From positions 8,898-72,897 of the forward strand of contig JAZROX010000027.1 of the NCBI GenBank assembly GCA_045648945.1: 64,000 bases of DNA. Reading direction: 5' to 3'. The notes under the pieces are model-generated. The model was not told the origin of the DNA, made no database searches, and was given only the letters and a program-made list of their open reading frames with translations. Below, piece by piece: positions 35,001-44,311 of this stretch. Source of the stretch: Candidatus Enterousia sp. (GTDB lineage Bacteria; Pseudomonadota; Alphaproteobacteria; Rs-D84). How positions within the stretch are numbered: the stretch's first letter is position 1; every line of letters starts with the position of its first letter. The translations under genes and the position numbers were made by a program.

Positions 35001-38000
35001 ACGCTTGATCCAAACGGTGGGGATTTTACTAATACAAACACATGCAGCGGTGAAATAAACCCAATATATGATTTTTCAACAAACACATGGTCAGCCCCGG
35101 CCAGTTTGAATGCGGGATGTAGGCCGATACGGACCGGATATACTTTTAATGGGTATGTTGGGGAGAATAATGGACCGATGTATTATGATAGCAACTTGTA
35201 TCGTTCAACACCGTTATGGCCAAATAATTGCAATGTTGCCAAAATCAACTTGGTTGCGGGTTGGACCGGTAATTGCATGGAAATACAATTTGATGATAAT
35301 AATGCCGCTGGCACCAATGTCAACAGCCAGAACCATCAACATAAACAAATCGGAAATGCCGCATGGATGGACACCACATGTGGGAAAGAGTTACTAAACA
35401 CCCCAACGGCGTACACACCGACGAACGACCATGCAACATTTTTAGGTTATTATACAGAAAAGAATTCAACCAGTGGGATCCGGGTTTTTGACGGTCATGG
35501 TAACGCGACCAGTGCCGGAAACGGTTGGACAATTTCTGGGACGGCCACATCGCCGGTTACCCTGTATGCCCGTTGGGATTGCGATACGAATTATAATTGG
35601 GATTCGCAAACAAAAGCATGTGTTCAAAAACCGTATGAGGTCCGGGTTAAATGTAATCCAGAGGATACAAACATTCTTACATTAACTTATTTAGCGTACA
35701 ACGAATCCATGGAATTCTCAGATGCATATTTAGCAGAGGCATGTAAAAACGCCCCCCGGTGTAATACAAATTGGCAACAAGAAGATTGGAATATATATTT
35801 GAATGCCGCTTTGACGCAGTTATCGAATGATTCTCCGCATGCCACACCAATAACAATTACCGGTGGGGACTATAATAATGCAACAAAGATAACATTTGTT
35901 CCGAACTGTGTGGAAGATACATATTCTGTAAAATACAAATGTTATAAAGACGATTCAAATGGTAAGGTGGACAACGAAGTTCCGCATTCAAATTATACTG
36001 TGCAGCCAATACGTTGGTATGAAGACTGCAAAATCAACGAGAATTCTTCTATGCCCGATTATTTCAATGGATGGTTATTTAGCGGTGATGGTACTGAGTA
36101 TAGCGAGGGTGACACTATATCAAATTGGTCGTATGGAAACAATGCAACATTTGTGCCGGTGTATAATGCGACATTTGATTGCAACACAGATCATTGGCAG
36201 GCACCCAGTGGCGGGAATCCAACGACACAAACGGTAGTACTGGGCGACAGTATGACCATGCCGGCAATGAGTTGTGTGCCGAAATCGGCATACGCCGGAT
36301 GGGTAAATACAAATTCGGAATGGAACACGATCTATGCCGCGGCAATGGAGACCCCGGTTCCAAGTGCAACGTGTTCAGCGGGCAACGTCACGGCCAATGG
36401 TGGCACGACATTTAATTGGAACTGTCCGACGAATTTGACCTTTACACCCGACGATGAATTGATAACAAAAACCATCGAAATCAGTTGCGGCACCGGCGGG
36501 ACCACGGGCACAATTGAGATAACATACGACACCCAGAACCAAACGTCAACCATGGTCAATAATTGGCTGCATGACAATTGCGGTGGTCATTGCCACAATC
36601 CGTCTGGTGATGCACGTGGATATTTGAAATTCTGTGGCACGTGGGGAAACAACGCGGTTCCGAACGTAACACAAATACCGGGGACCAATTGTTGGCGCGC
36701 AGAGCGGGATTATAACCTGAATCAAATTAACTGGGCAAATGTGACCGAGTTTAATATAACCGCAATATCGCATTGTCCAAAATACGTCAATTATAAATGC
36801 AGTGCGGACGCCACAGAGGTTTATAATGAACCGCCCTACTCCTATATGGAAGATGAATATCGCGTATTAGATCACTCGACGGTTGGGTGCGATGGTTATG
36901 GATATGAATTGGAAAACTGGGTCAAAGAAGATGATGAAAGTGTGACCTTTGACGAGAACGAAACCGTTGCATCATGGCCGTACGACGAATCGATTACGCT
37001 GGTTGCACAATGGAAATACTGTCCGGATGGACAATATTGGGATGAAGCCACCGGCACATGCCTGAGTTGTGCGGAAAATACCGGTAATCAATATAAACTA
37101 AGTAAAGCCCCATATAATTGGAGTATTGACCAATGCTATCGCAAATGTTCGGAAACCTGTGTGAACACAGACGTAACACAGCTTTACACCAGTTACGATT
37201 TACAGAAATTCGAAAGTGATAATCTCCAGGTTGAATTCTATGGAAATAGCACAATGAATCCCGGGACATGTGGGCATGTTACATACTGTCCGTATGTCAT
37301 CAAGGATGGCGACACATATGTATTCAAGGTTCGTGGTGTTCCGGTGAACTTTATCGATAATAATAATGCTACCGTTGATACATACCATATTGTTGGTGCG
37401 GGCAACACATCTGATGATGTGGCGGCGGCATTCCTGTGGAGTCAGATTGTCGGTTCGGCCCAGAAGTATCAGTTCACGGTTTCGGGCAATACCCATTATT
37501 CTGTGCCGATTGTGTATCCAATATACAGCGCACCGTATAATGAACCGGCCGGATATACGTTCAATGGATATTACAATCCACGTGGCGGACACAAATATGT
37601 CCAGGACGACGCGGAATTAAGCAAAACCATTGCCCAGAGCGCGGTTGATGGAATTAACGCTGCGACCGGTGATTTGCACCGCGACCTGTATGCGGGATAT
37701 GATTCAAATGAATACACCGTAACATATCAATGTGGTGCCGGGTCGGGGGCGGACACCACAAACACTGCAACATACGGTGACGGATATGACGTTCTGTACC
37801 TTGCAGATACGCCTTGTCAATATACTGGACACGATTTCTTGGGTTGGAAATATATGAATGGTACCGATTATGATGAAGGCGAGCATTTCACGTGGGAATA
37901 TACGGACGCAAATCCAACGTTCACCGCACAGTGGAGTGGCGTGAACACGTATAATATTATCTATGAAAATATGACGAATGCCGAAGCATCCGCGACCGGC

Positions 38001-41000
38001 ATGCCAACAACATACGTGTATGGAACGGGTGCGACGATAAACGGTGTACCGACACGGCCGCTTAGCGAATTCCAGGGTTGGTGCACAGATGCAAGTTTAG
38101 AACACTGTGCGATGACACAAACAATTTCTGCGTCCGAAACCGGCGATAAAACATTCTGGGCGAAATGGGAATGTATAAGCCCGTATCATTCTAATCCAGA
38201 AGGCACAGCGTGTGTGGCATGTCCGGACGACACTTGGTGGAATTCGTCGACACAACACTGCGATCCTTGTCCGCAAAACTTCCCGCACAGTAAACACCCA
38301 ATGACATGGAGTGAAGGGCAATGTTATCGCGAATGTCCGACGAATACTGCCCTGGGTACGCCGGGACAAACGTGTAGAACCGATCCTGATATGGGCGCCT
38401 TTAGCGTATGCACCGGAATGGTAAAGTTCGAAGAATTTGCCAATTCGAACGGACGACAGATTGAATTCAAGGGTAATTTTGACGACGGTCAAAATACGTG
38501 CAATGCGGTTGAAAACGTGTATTGTCCGCGTGGTATATCTGGGTGCCCGTTGAATACCGCATTCAAACCAATGACCGCACCGGTCGAATTCCATGGAAAA
38601 ATCCCAGAAGAAAACCTTGGTGCACGGTACATATTCGGTTCGCGCGGCGGGCATGACACAATTGATTTGTCCAGCAACGATTCCAACAAAATATGGAGCT
38701 TTATGGCGGGTCCGGGTCAAAAGACCGACGTGATACACAACGAGGTTGGTGGTGTTATGACGGATTATTACTATACACATATCATATACCCAACATACAA
38801 TGCCCCGGATGCCGAGGTTCCAGGATACACATTTAATGGATACTATTATCCACGCACCGGTGGAGAACAGTATGTTGCCAGCGATTACGCGTTGAACGCG
38901 ACCAATGCACAATCTGTATTAGGCAGTCAGTCCGGTGATTCGAACACGGCGCGCCACTTGTATGCAACGGTGGGTAATGGATATACCCAAAACGAATATT
39001 CTATCACTTATAGTTGCGGCACAGCAACGGGCGGAACGGTGCCGGAATCGCAAACCGGTATACACATTAATCAATCTGTAACACCGCGTGAAAACACATG
39101 CGAAAAACCGGGGTATGAATTCCAGGGATGGATTGTGTCGGGCACGGATGAGGTTAAACCCGCGGGAGCCGCCGGGACATTTACGTGGGAATATACGGAA
39201 TCCAAAACATTCACTGCAAAGTGGAATGATGACCCGATTGCATATAACATCAATTATCATAACACTGATAATGCGACATGGGGGACAGGCAATCCTCCGA
39301 ACACTTATACGGTTACCAATTTGCCATTGACTATCGACGCAGCCATGACACGCCCGCACAGCACATTTATGGGATGGTGCACGGATGCGGCATTAACAAC
39401 CAACTGTGAAATGACACACACTATACCGGTGGGAACAACCGGCGATGTAGATTTCTGGGCAAAATGGGAATGTGTGCCGCCATATCATTCTAACCCCGCC
39501 GGCACGGCGTGCGAGGCATGTGATGCCGGACAATATTGGAACGGTGTCCAATGCGAATATTGTTCGACCACAGGATTCCCGAACAGCACACCGCCATTCA
39601 ATTGGAGTGCGGATCAATGCTGGCGTTCATGTCAAAATGATGTGCAATGCGCGGTTCCATCTGCATCAATCATAGGCAACATCGGTGGTTGCAGTGCCCA
39701 GGCATTCCGGAACACGGCCGGCACACAAATTGAATTCAAGGGGAATCATGATGCGGGTGTGCAAACATGCGATGCGACGAATGTGCCGTATTGTCCGTAC
39801 GGTTTGGACTGTTCGGCCGAAAACGTCGATATGCCAAGATCGGTTATGGCAGATTTCCATTCTGGCGAAGGGTGGCCAAGCGTTGGGACACGTCACGTCA
39901 TCGGATTGGGGAACTGGTCCACGGGCGCCAACAACGGAACCATGGTCAGTGGTAATATGTGGAGTGCGATTGTGGGCCCGGCACAAAAGATGGAATTGGA
40001 TGACCACAACCCGGATGATCAATATACATTTATAACGTATCCGGCAAATGTGGCACCAACCGCCACCGCGGTTTCGGGTCAAATATTCAAGGGATATTAC
40101 GATCAACAAACCGGTGGAAATAGGCGCGTCGATGATGATTATGAACTGAATGCGGAAAACGCACAGGGTGTTGGTGTTACAATGAGCAGCCTTATACCCG
40201 GCGACAGAAACCTGTATGCGCGTTGGCAACAATGTGACGTGAACACATACCAGCATAACAATGAATGCATACATTGCAACGAAGGTTTCACATCGCCCGT
40301 CGGTGCATCCGGACCCGAGGAATGCACAAAAAGTTGTTCTGTGGCATGCGAATGGGACGATTCTATGTGTCCAGATCACGCAAGTTGCACCCATACAGAG
40401 GCCAGTCAAATCGGTATTGTAAATCAGATACAAGCCCAACAGGCCCAAGGAACATGTTATCACGAAACAACCAATGAACCGATTTTTCCAGAACAGTGTG
40501 TGTATCAATTTACCTGTGATGATGGTTATGGCATAATGGGGAATAGATGTGTGCCATGCGAGGACGGAGAATATCTGGAAAATGGCAGATGTACAGCATG
40601 TCCGAACGGTTATCCGTACTCTGATGCAAATGCAACCCAACAGACGCAATGCTATAAATCTTGTCAACATGATTGTGACGAACCGACCTGTCCGATTGCA
40701 AGTGGAACCGGAACATGTACATATACGCATGAAGCAACAAATGGTAAATGGTATTTTAATTCAAATGTGTGCATCGCCCAATCTTCTATATGTCAGATGA
40801 CACTTAGTTGCTATGACGGATATACATTGGAGGGGAACGAATGCAAACCGACTAAATATACAATCACCTATAAATCAAACGAGGATGCAACACAAAACGA
40901 AACCCAGGAAGTCACATATTCCGAAAGTTTCGAAACCAAGGGGGCGATATTCACAAGTCCGGGTTATATAATGACCGCGTGGTCTGCACCGTATACGTTA

Positions 41001-41936
41001 TTAAAGCATGAATATCCCGCGTATAATACCCCGTATGACACTACTTTGATTGCGCAATGGGAAATGTGTCCGGCCGGAACATATCAAAACGCCAATACCT
41101 GTACGGATTGTCCGGATGGTTACAGATCCGATGCGGGCGCGTCCGGACAAAACCAGTGTTATCGTTCATGCGAAAAGCCGTGCGATGATGTGCTGTGTCC
41201 AGAACATTCTGTTAGTTGCGAAAAATCAAAAGAAACATTTGATGGCATACAGTACTATGAGGCACCATGTGTCGCCGAAACACAGCAATGCAGAATTCTG
41301 AGCGTTATATGCGATGCGGGATATTATCAAGATGGAACGAAATGCGAACCGTGTCCGGAAAATTATTCTTCCATCCGGGGTGCGGTCGGGGTGGACGCAT
41401 GTTTCTTGGTCAGTTGCCCGGATGGTCAACATGTTGAATACGGCGAATGCAAAGATGACGTTATTCCATGCGATGCGCCAAACGCAACCAATGCCTCACG
41501 AAAATGGAATGAAACGTTGCGTGCATATGGATCATGCATAGTTGCGGCATGCGAAACCAACTATCACGTTGCATCAAATGCGTGCACGGCGGATACACGG
41601 GCCTGCGCCGTTGAAGGCGGTCGTGGTGAACAGGTATGGGACGGCAACAAATGGGGTGATTGCGAAATCACACAATGTAATCCGGGATTCATAGACAATG
41701 GCAACACGTGTGTTGAATGCCCGAACCGTCGCGTCGATGGCGAAATCGCGGTCAGCAGTTATGCAACAGAATGCGAAATCGCAAGTTGCATGTACCAAGG
41801 TCAAAAGTATGCACTTGAAGGCGACAGATGCGAACCGATATGTAATAAACCGGATGATGGGACCGGCCACATGGAATGGAATGAAAGTCAAAAGAAATGT
41901 GTACGTACATGTAACCCGGGTTACAAAATGTGGTAG
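32016..41936 (+). CDS. Giant secreted protein (3306 aa): Listeria-Bacteroides (Flg_new-type) repeats interleaved with eukaryote-like Cys-rich (ephrin-receptor/GCC2_GCC3- or furin-like) repeats
   Basis: Uninterrupted 9.9 kb frame. SD GGGAGAAG. Signal peptide MKILRIFGLFALFLCTGFGYAHA. Many GYTF.GY(Y/W)...Y(A/T).W units. Many C..C..G.Y / C..CP.G units, for example CTDCPDGYRSDAGASGQNQCYRSC. Confidence 0.9.
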   Translation: MKILRIFGLFALFLCTGFGYAHAGDEYYSFTLNDNGGSGGRVIGNKTDGLLHYGVAWGYNEDRGFEALPGAGNTPVTSTNPPVITEAPTTTVPHVHFYGYALDQNYTISNTENRIINSARQFFTDQRALTSFRQNNTTLYAIWAPNNYQIQLDDNGDNITRAGQVYSSSGYSLYKRYGTDCFIVAPTLNTNELEQNTCISSIYQTPQRTGYTFAGYWTVSQGTGGTMIVKPNGDFETGTSTTFTQNSTIYARWTPKVLTITLDKNNSTSGATDSNPTTVYLKYNTGWFSDATATTSISHLTTNPERPGYTFGGFTKRANGGTQVIDSSGEFLTTTAALTVLSENGSIYAQWTGQNTYTIQLRSNGGDIDYAIYHRNGNFYCESSATTQILSTQNIFDRCSFTKPSSAAGEFDGYWSATSAGSQYIDREGKILYNSTVTGGMRWYAQYQATCGSLIALEPNGGSFSGICSGFAPTPVQNNNGDWVLQPLGNGCRPTQNGVTFAGYYYYDENSGTYTQYYDDSLTAVGTWPFCNEDKVVLIALWNHGGCNCGEYIPAGYVQCVECPIGSYCSGVISNQVPYNADQGIESCAKQCGGNGYTSDAGACNINECYQACKTDCMRPNDFCAVPSAECQYTNSSVDGKEYCNTNTGCQIPNTNASWCEISSCPANSYYDDPYCKACNSGFSNNGGMGGADTCVKDCSVQCTWDDNMCPANATCTHTQSSLSGNVNQTQDQDKCYSGGNQIMPFACEFSFTCNEGYEWDSTTNQCVMTPTCDTQVTLNPDSGNGGSFASNCTYGTSALTLTLNTNDNQWYLGPSSLPAGCAATRDGYTFAGYTYNNNRYYADNLNVVSNQPWDACNLNSAVLTADWTAKCNEITFNENYGNNGIISGVSQHKLTADTDWYDGTCKSTVTASVTSLDTTGHRVFKGFYLSSNNTDNTDQVFDASGAPTNYGNNWTINANTVLYAHWDCDTGYEWDSTTNQCVEQGPKSACDSTATLDPNGGDFTNTNTCSGEINPIYDFSTNTWSAPASLNAGCRPIRTGYTFNGYVGENNGPMYYDSNLYRSTPLWPNNCNVAKINLVAGWTGNCMEIQFDDNNAAGTNVNSQNHQHKQIGNAAWMDTTCGKELLNTPTAYTPTNDHATFLGYYTEKNSTSGIRVFDGHGNATSAGNGWTISGTATSPVTLYARWDCDTNYNWDSQTKACVQKPYEVRVKCNPEDTNILTLTYLAYNESMEFSDAYLAEACKNAPRCNTNWQQEDWNIYLNAALTQLSNDSPHATPITITGGDYNNATKITFVPNCVEDTYSVKYKCYKDDSNGKVDNEVPHSNYTVQPIRWYEDCKINENSSMPDYFNGWLFSGDGTEYSEGDTISNWSYGNNATFVPVYNATFDCNTDHWQAPSGGNPTTQTVVLGDSMTMPAMSCVPKSAYAGWVNTNSEWNTIYAAAMETPVPSATCSAGNVTANGGTTFNWNCPTNLTFTPDDELITKTIEISCGTGGTTGTIEITYDTQNQTSTMVNNWLHDNCGGHCHNPSGDARGYLKFCGTWGNNAVPNVTQIPGTNCWRAERDYNLNQINWANVTEFNITAISHCPKYVNYKCSADATEVYNEPPYSYMEDEYRVLDHSTVGCDGYGYELENWVKEDDESVTFDENETVASWPYDESITLVAQWKYCPDGQYWDEATGTCLSCAENTGNQYKLSKAPYNWSIDQCYRKCSETCVNTDVTQLYTSYDLQKFESDNLQVEFYGNSTMNPGTCGHVTYCPYVIKDGDTYVFKVRGVPVNFIDNNNATVDTYHIVGAGNTSDDVAAAFLWSQIVGSAQKYQFTVSGNTHYSVPIVYPIYSAPYNEPAGYTFNGYYNPRGGHKYVQDDAELSKTIAQSAVDGINAATGDLHRDLYAGYDSNEYTVTYQCGAGSGADTTNTATYGDGYDVLYLADTPCQYTGHDFLGWKYMNGTDYDEGEHFTWEYTDANPTFTAQWSGVNTYNIIYENMTNAEASATGMPTTYVYGTGATINGVPTRPLSEFQGWCTDASLEHCAMTQTISASETGDKTFWAKWECISPYHSNPEGTACVACPDDTWWNSSTQHCDPCPQNFPHSKHPMTWSEGQCYRECPTNTALGTPGQTCRTDPDMGAFSVCTGMVKFEEFANSNGRQIEFKGNFDDGQNTCNAVENVYCPRGISGCPLNTAFKPMTAPVEFHGKIPEENLGARYIFGSRGGHDTIDLSSNDSNKIWSFMAGPGQKTDVIHNEVGGVMTDYYYTHIIYPTYNAPDAEVPGYTFNGYYYPRTGGEQYVASDYALNATNAQSVLGSQSGDSNTARHLYATVGNGYTQNEYSITYSCGTATGGTVPESQTGIHINQSVTPRENTCEKPGYEFQGWIVSGTDEVKPAGAAGTFTWEYTESKTFTAKWNDDPIAYNINYHNTDNATWGTGNPPNTYTVTNLPLTIDAAMTRPHSTFMGWCTDAALTTNCEMTHTIPVGTTGDVDFWAKWECVPPYHSNPAGTACEACDAGQYWNGVQCEYCSTTGFPNSTPPFNWSADQCWRSCQNDVQCAVPSASIIGNIGGCSAQAFRNTAGTQIEFKGNHDAGVQTCDATNVPYCPYGLDCSAENVDMPRSVMADFHSGEGWPSVGTRHVIGLGNWSTGANNGTMVSGNMWSAIVGPAQKMELDDHNPDDQYTFITYPANVAPTATAVSGQIFKGYYDQQTGGNRRVDDDYELNAENAQGVGVTMSSLIPGDRNLYARWQQCDVNTYQHNNECIHCNEGFTSPVGASGPEECTKSCSVACEWDDSMCPDHASCTHTEASQIGIVNQIQAQQAQGTCYHETTNEPIFPEQCVYQFTCDDGYGIMGNRCVPCEDGEYLENGRCTACPNGYPYSDANATQQTQCYKSCQHDCDEPTCPIASGTGTCTYTHEATNGKWYFNSNVCIAQSSICQMTLSCYDGYTLEGNECKPTKYTITYKSNEDATQNETQEVTYSESFETKGAIFTSPGYIMTAWSAPYTLLKHEYPAYNTPYDTTLIAQWEMCPAGTYQNANTCTDCPDGYRSDAGASGQNQCYRSCEKPCDDVLCPEHSVSCEKSKETFDGIQYYEAPCVAETQQCRILSVICDAGYYQDGTKCEPCPENYSSIRGAVGVDACFLVSCPDGQHVEYGECKDDVIPCDAPNATNASRKWNETLRAYGSCIVAACETNYHVASNACTADTRACAVEGGRGEQVWDGNKWGDCEITQCNPGFIDNGNTCVECPNRRVDGEIAVSSYATECEIASCMYQGQKYALEGDRCEPICNKPDDGTGHMEWNESQKKCVRTCNPGYKMW
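37020..40220 (+). repeat. Three diverged tandem super-repeats (~1.2-1.3 kb each) inside the giant gene
   Basis: Units begin CPDGQYWDEATGTC.. (~37020), ISPYHSNPEGTACVACPDDTWW.. (~38171) and VPPYHSNPAGTACEACDAGQYW.. (~39471). Each continues ..IEF(K/Y)GN..YCP..(I/V)(I/T)YP.Y.AP...GY.F.GYY. Confidence 0.7.
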
Positions 41937-41941
41937 GTAAA

Positions 41942-42766
41942 ATGCGGCGGAGGGACACGTATTTTAAAAGGCCAGATTTAATAGAACGCATCGGCAATGG
42001 TGCAATATGCTTTGCCGAATGTATTCGAAACGTTACCCGGTTTGTCTTTCAAATATTTCATGCGTTTGGTAATATGATTTGTCGCCGCGGTGCAACCCGT
42101 CGCATTGATTTGTGGATTGAAATTGACAAGGCCGGCCTGCGGGCGGTACCGATTGTGTGTTTGATTAGTTTTATGATAGGCCTTATTATCGCATTCGTTG
42201 GGCATATGCAATTGGCGATGTTCGGGGCGGAAATTTATGTCGCGGCACTGGTTGCAATTTCTATGATAAGAATTTTGGGTGCGGTTATGACCGGCATAAT
42301 TATGGCGGGGCGCACCGGTGCATCGTATGCCGCAGAAATTGGAACCATGCGTGTAAACGATGAAATCGACGCGTTGAAAACCATGGGCGTGTCACCAATT
42401 CAATTCTTGGTGTTGCCACGCGTTTTGGCATTAACAATTACTATGCCGATATTAACCATCATCGCGGACATTGTTGCGATATTGGGCGGCATGTGTGTTG
42501 CAATTATGATAATGGATGTGTCAATCGCAGAATATTGGCAAACAACGGTGGATTGGCTTAGTTTCAATAATTTTGCGGTTGGCGTTCTGCACGGATGGAT
42601 GTTCGGATGGGTCATCGCAATTGCCGGATGTTGGTTTGGATTGAACACCGCCAAAACCGCAGATGACGTAGGACGCGCAACAACACGTGCGGTCGTCGCC
42701 GGTATCGTCGGGTGCATTATCGTAACCGCAATATTAACACTGGTATTTAATTGGTTGGATATTTAG
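41942..42766 (+). CDS. mlaE: MlaE-family ABC transporter permease
   Basis: ATG 5 nt after the giant-gene stop. LRAVPIVCLISFMIGLIIAFVG..AAEIGTMRVNDEIDALKTMGVSPIQFLVLPRVLA is typical of MlaE/Ttg2B. Confidence 0.85.
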   Translation: MRRRDTYFKRPDLIERIGNGAICFAECIRNVTRFVFQIFHAFGNMICRRGATRRIDLWIEIDKAGLRAVPIVCLISFMIGLIIAFVGHMQLAMFGAEIYVAALVAISMIRILGAVMTGIIMAGRTGASYAAEIGTMRVNDEIDALKTMGVSPIQFLVLPRVLALTITMPILTIIADIVAILGGMCVAIMIMDVSIAEYWQTTVDWLSFNNFAVGVLHGWMFGWVIAIAGCWFGLNTAKTADDVGRATTRAVVAGIVGCIIVTAILTLVFNWLDI

Positions 42767-43537
42767 ATGAAGAAGATGGGTGAACCTTTTATCGTTGTAC
42801 AAGATTTATCACTTGGTTACGGTGAACGCGCTATTGTGCGCGATGCAAATTTTACGATAAACCGTGGTGATATATTTGTGATAATGGGATTGTCCGGTTG
42901 CGGGAAAAGCACGATTATGCGGTCTATGGTTGGGTTATTACGACCCGAATGCGGCGACATATTTATTGATGGTGTGAACATGTGGGCGGTGGACGCGGAT
43001 GCACGTGCAAAGGTTATCGGACGGTTCGGTGTGGCGTTTCAAAGTGGTGCATTGTTTTCTTCGATGACGGTTGGCGAAAATGTCGCGTTGCCAATGGAAA
43101 TGGGTTCGGGCATGCCGGCGAACAAGATTCGACAACATGTTCACGAAAAGTTAAAAATTGTGGGAATGGACGGATGCGCGGACCTGTACCCGTCGGAAAT
43201 AAGTGGTGGTATGATAAAGCGTACTGCATTGGCGCGGGCGTTGATTAACGACCCAGAAGTGCTGTTCTTTGATGAACCATCGGCGGGATTGGACCCGGTG
43301 CGAAGTGCAGAATTGGATGAATTGATTATGAATATAAATCGCCGGCACGGAACAACGGTTGTTATGGTTACACATGAACTGCCTACAATTATGACTATCG
43401 CGACTAATTCGGTTTATTTGGATGCGAAAACCCAGACAATCGCCGCGGCGGGCGCACCAAAAGATATTATAAAGACAACAAAAAATCCGCAAATCAGGGA
43501 ATTCTTGACACGCGGACAAAGTGGGAGAAAAAAATGA
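42767..43537 (+). CDS. mlaF: MlaF-family ABC transporter ATP-binding protein
   Basis: Walker A GLSGCGKST, signature SGGMIKR, Walker B LFFDEPSAGLDP. Confidence 0.9.
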   Translation: MKKMGEPFIVVQDLSLGYGERAIVRDANFTINRGDIFVIMGLSGCGKSTIMRSMVGLLRPECGDIFIDGVNMWAVDADARAKVIGRFGVAFQSGALFSSMTVGENVALPMEMGSGMPANKIRQHVHEKLKIVGMDGCADLYPSEISGGMIKRTALARALINDPEVLFFDEPSAGLDPVRSAELDELIMNINRRHGTTVVMVTHELPTIMTIATNSVYLDAKTQTIAAAGAPKDIIKTTKNPQIREFLTRGQSGRKK

Positions 43538-44310
43538 AACAACCAAACAAACGGGCAATCGGTGGATTTTTAATATTCGGTTTTTTATTGGCAATCGGGG
43601 CACTGGTGTTCTTTTTCGGTGGCCGATTGGAACGAAATTATGTGACACCTGTGTTATTCTTTGAAGGTTCGGTCAAGGGTTTGGCCGTTGGTTCAAATGT
43701 ATACTTTCGTGGTGTGCCGATTGGACGTGTTGAAAAAATTCAAATGATTCCAAACAACGAAGATAAAATTGTTATTCCGGTATATGTGCGCATTGACCCG
43801 CGCATGACGGCAAATGGAAAAATGTCTAAATCCCAAATGGAAAAGTGGATTGCCGATTTGGTTGGGCATGGATTAAAAGGAAAATTACAAACACAAAGCG
43901 TTTTGACCGGACAAATGACAATCGAACTGGATTTCTATCCGAAATATCCAAGTCGCAATTTGGCACAAAAGTATGATATTGATGAAACGGAAATTCCAAC
44001 CGTACCGTCCATTTTAGACGAGATTTCACACAACCTGGGCAAAATACCAATTTCTGACATTTCTACGAACATGAACGGATTGTTGCAAAACCTGAATAAC
44101 GATGTGCCCGCCCTATTGCAACAATCGACCGAGGCGGTGGCCAGTATCAACAGATTGGCGAATTCTATATCGGGTCCGGGGTCCAGTACTATATCAGACC
44201 TGAACAAAATGATACGCGATGTTAGTGACGCCGCGCGTGCCGTGTCACGACTTAGCGATTACCTTGAACAGCATCCCGAGGCATTATTAAAAGGCAAAGG
44301 AGGATATTAA
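43534..44310 (+). CDS. mlaD: MCE/MlaD-family substrate-binding protein
   Basis: N-terminal TM then GLAVGSNVYFRGVPIGRVEKI (MCE domain). ATGA overlap with mlaF. Confidence 0.8.
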   Translation: MKQPNKRAIGGFLIFGFLLAIGALVFFFGGRLERNYVTPVLFFEGSVKGLAVGSNVYFRGVPIGRVEKIQMIPNNEDKIVIPVYVRIDPRMTANGKMSKSQMEKWIADLVGHGLKGKLQTQSVLTGQMTIELDFYPKYPSRNLAQKYDIDETEIPTVPSILDEISHNLGKIPISDISTNMNGLLQNLNNDVPALLQQSTEAVASINRLANSISGPGSSTISDLNKMIRDVSDAARAVSRLSDYLEQHPEALLKGKGGY

Positions 44311-44311
44311 A

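Noticed and set aside
33636-40730. Long minus-strand ORFs inside the giant gene (for example 33636-34175, 38097-38912 and 39666-40730).
   Set aside because: They are antisense shadows of an uninterrupted 9.9 kb plus-strand frame with clear repeat motifs. Their sequences are Cys/Arg/His-rich and low in complexity.
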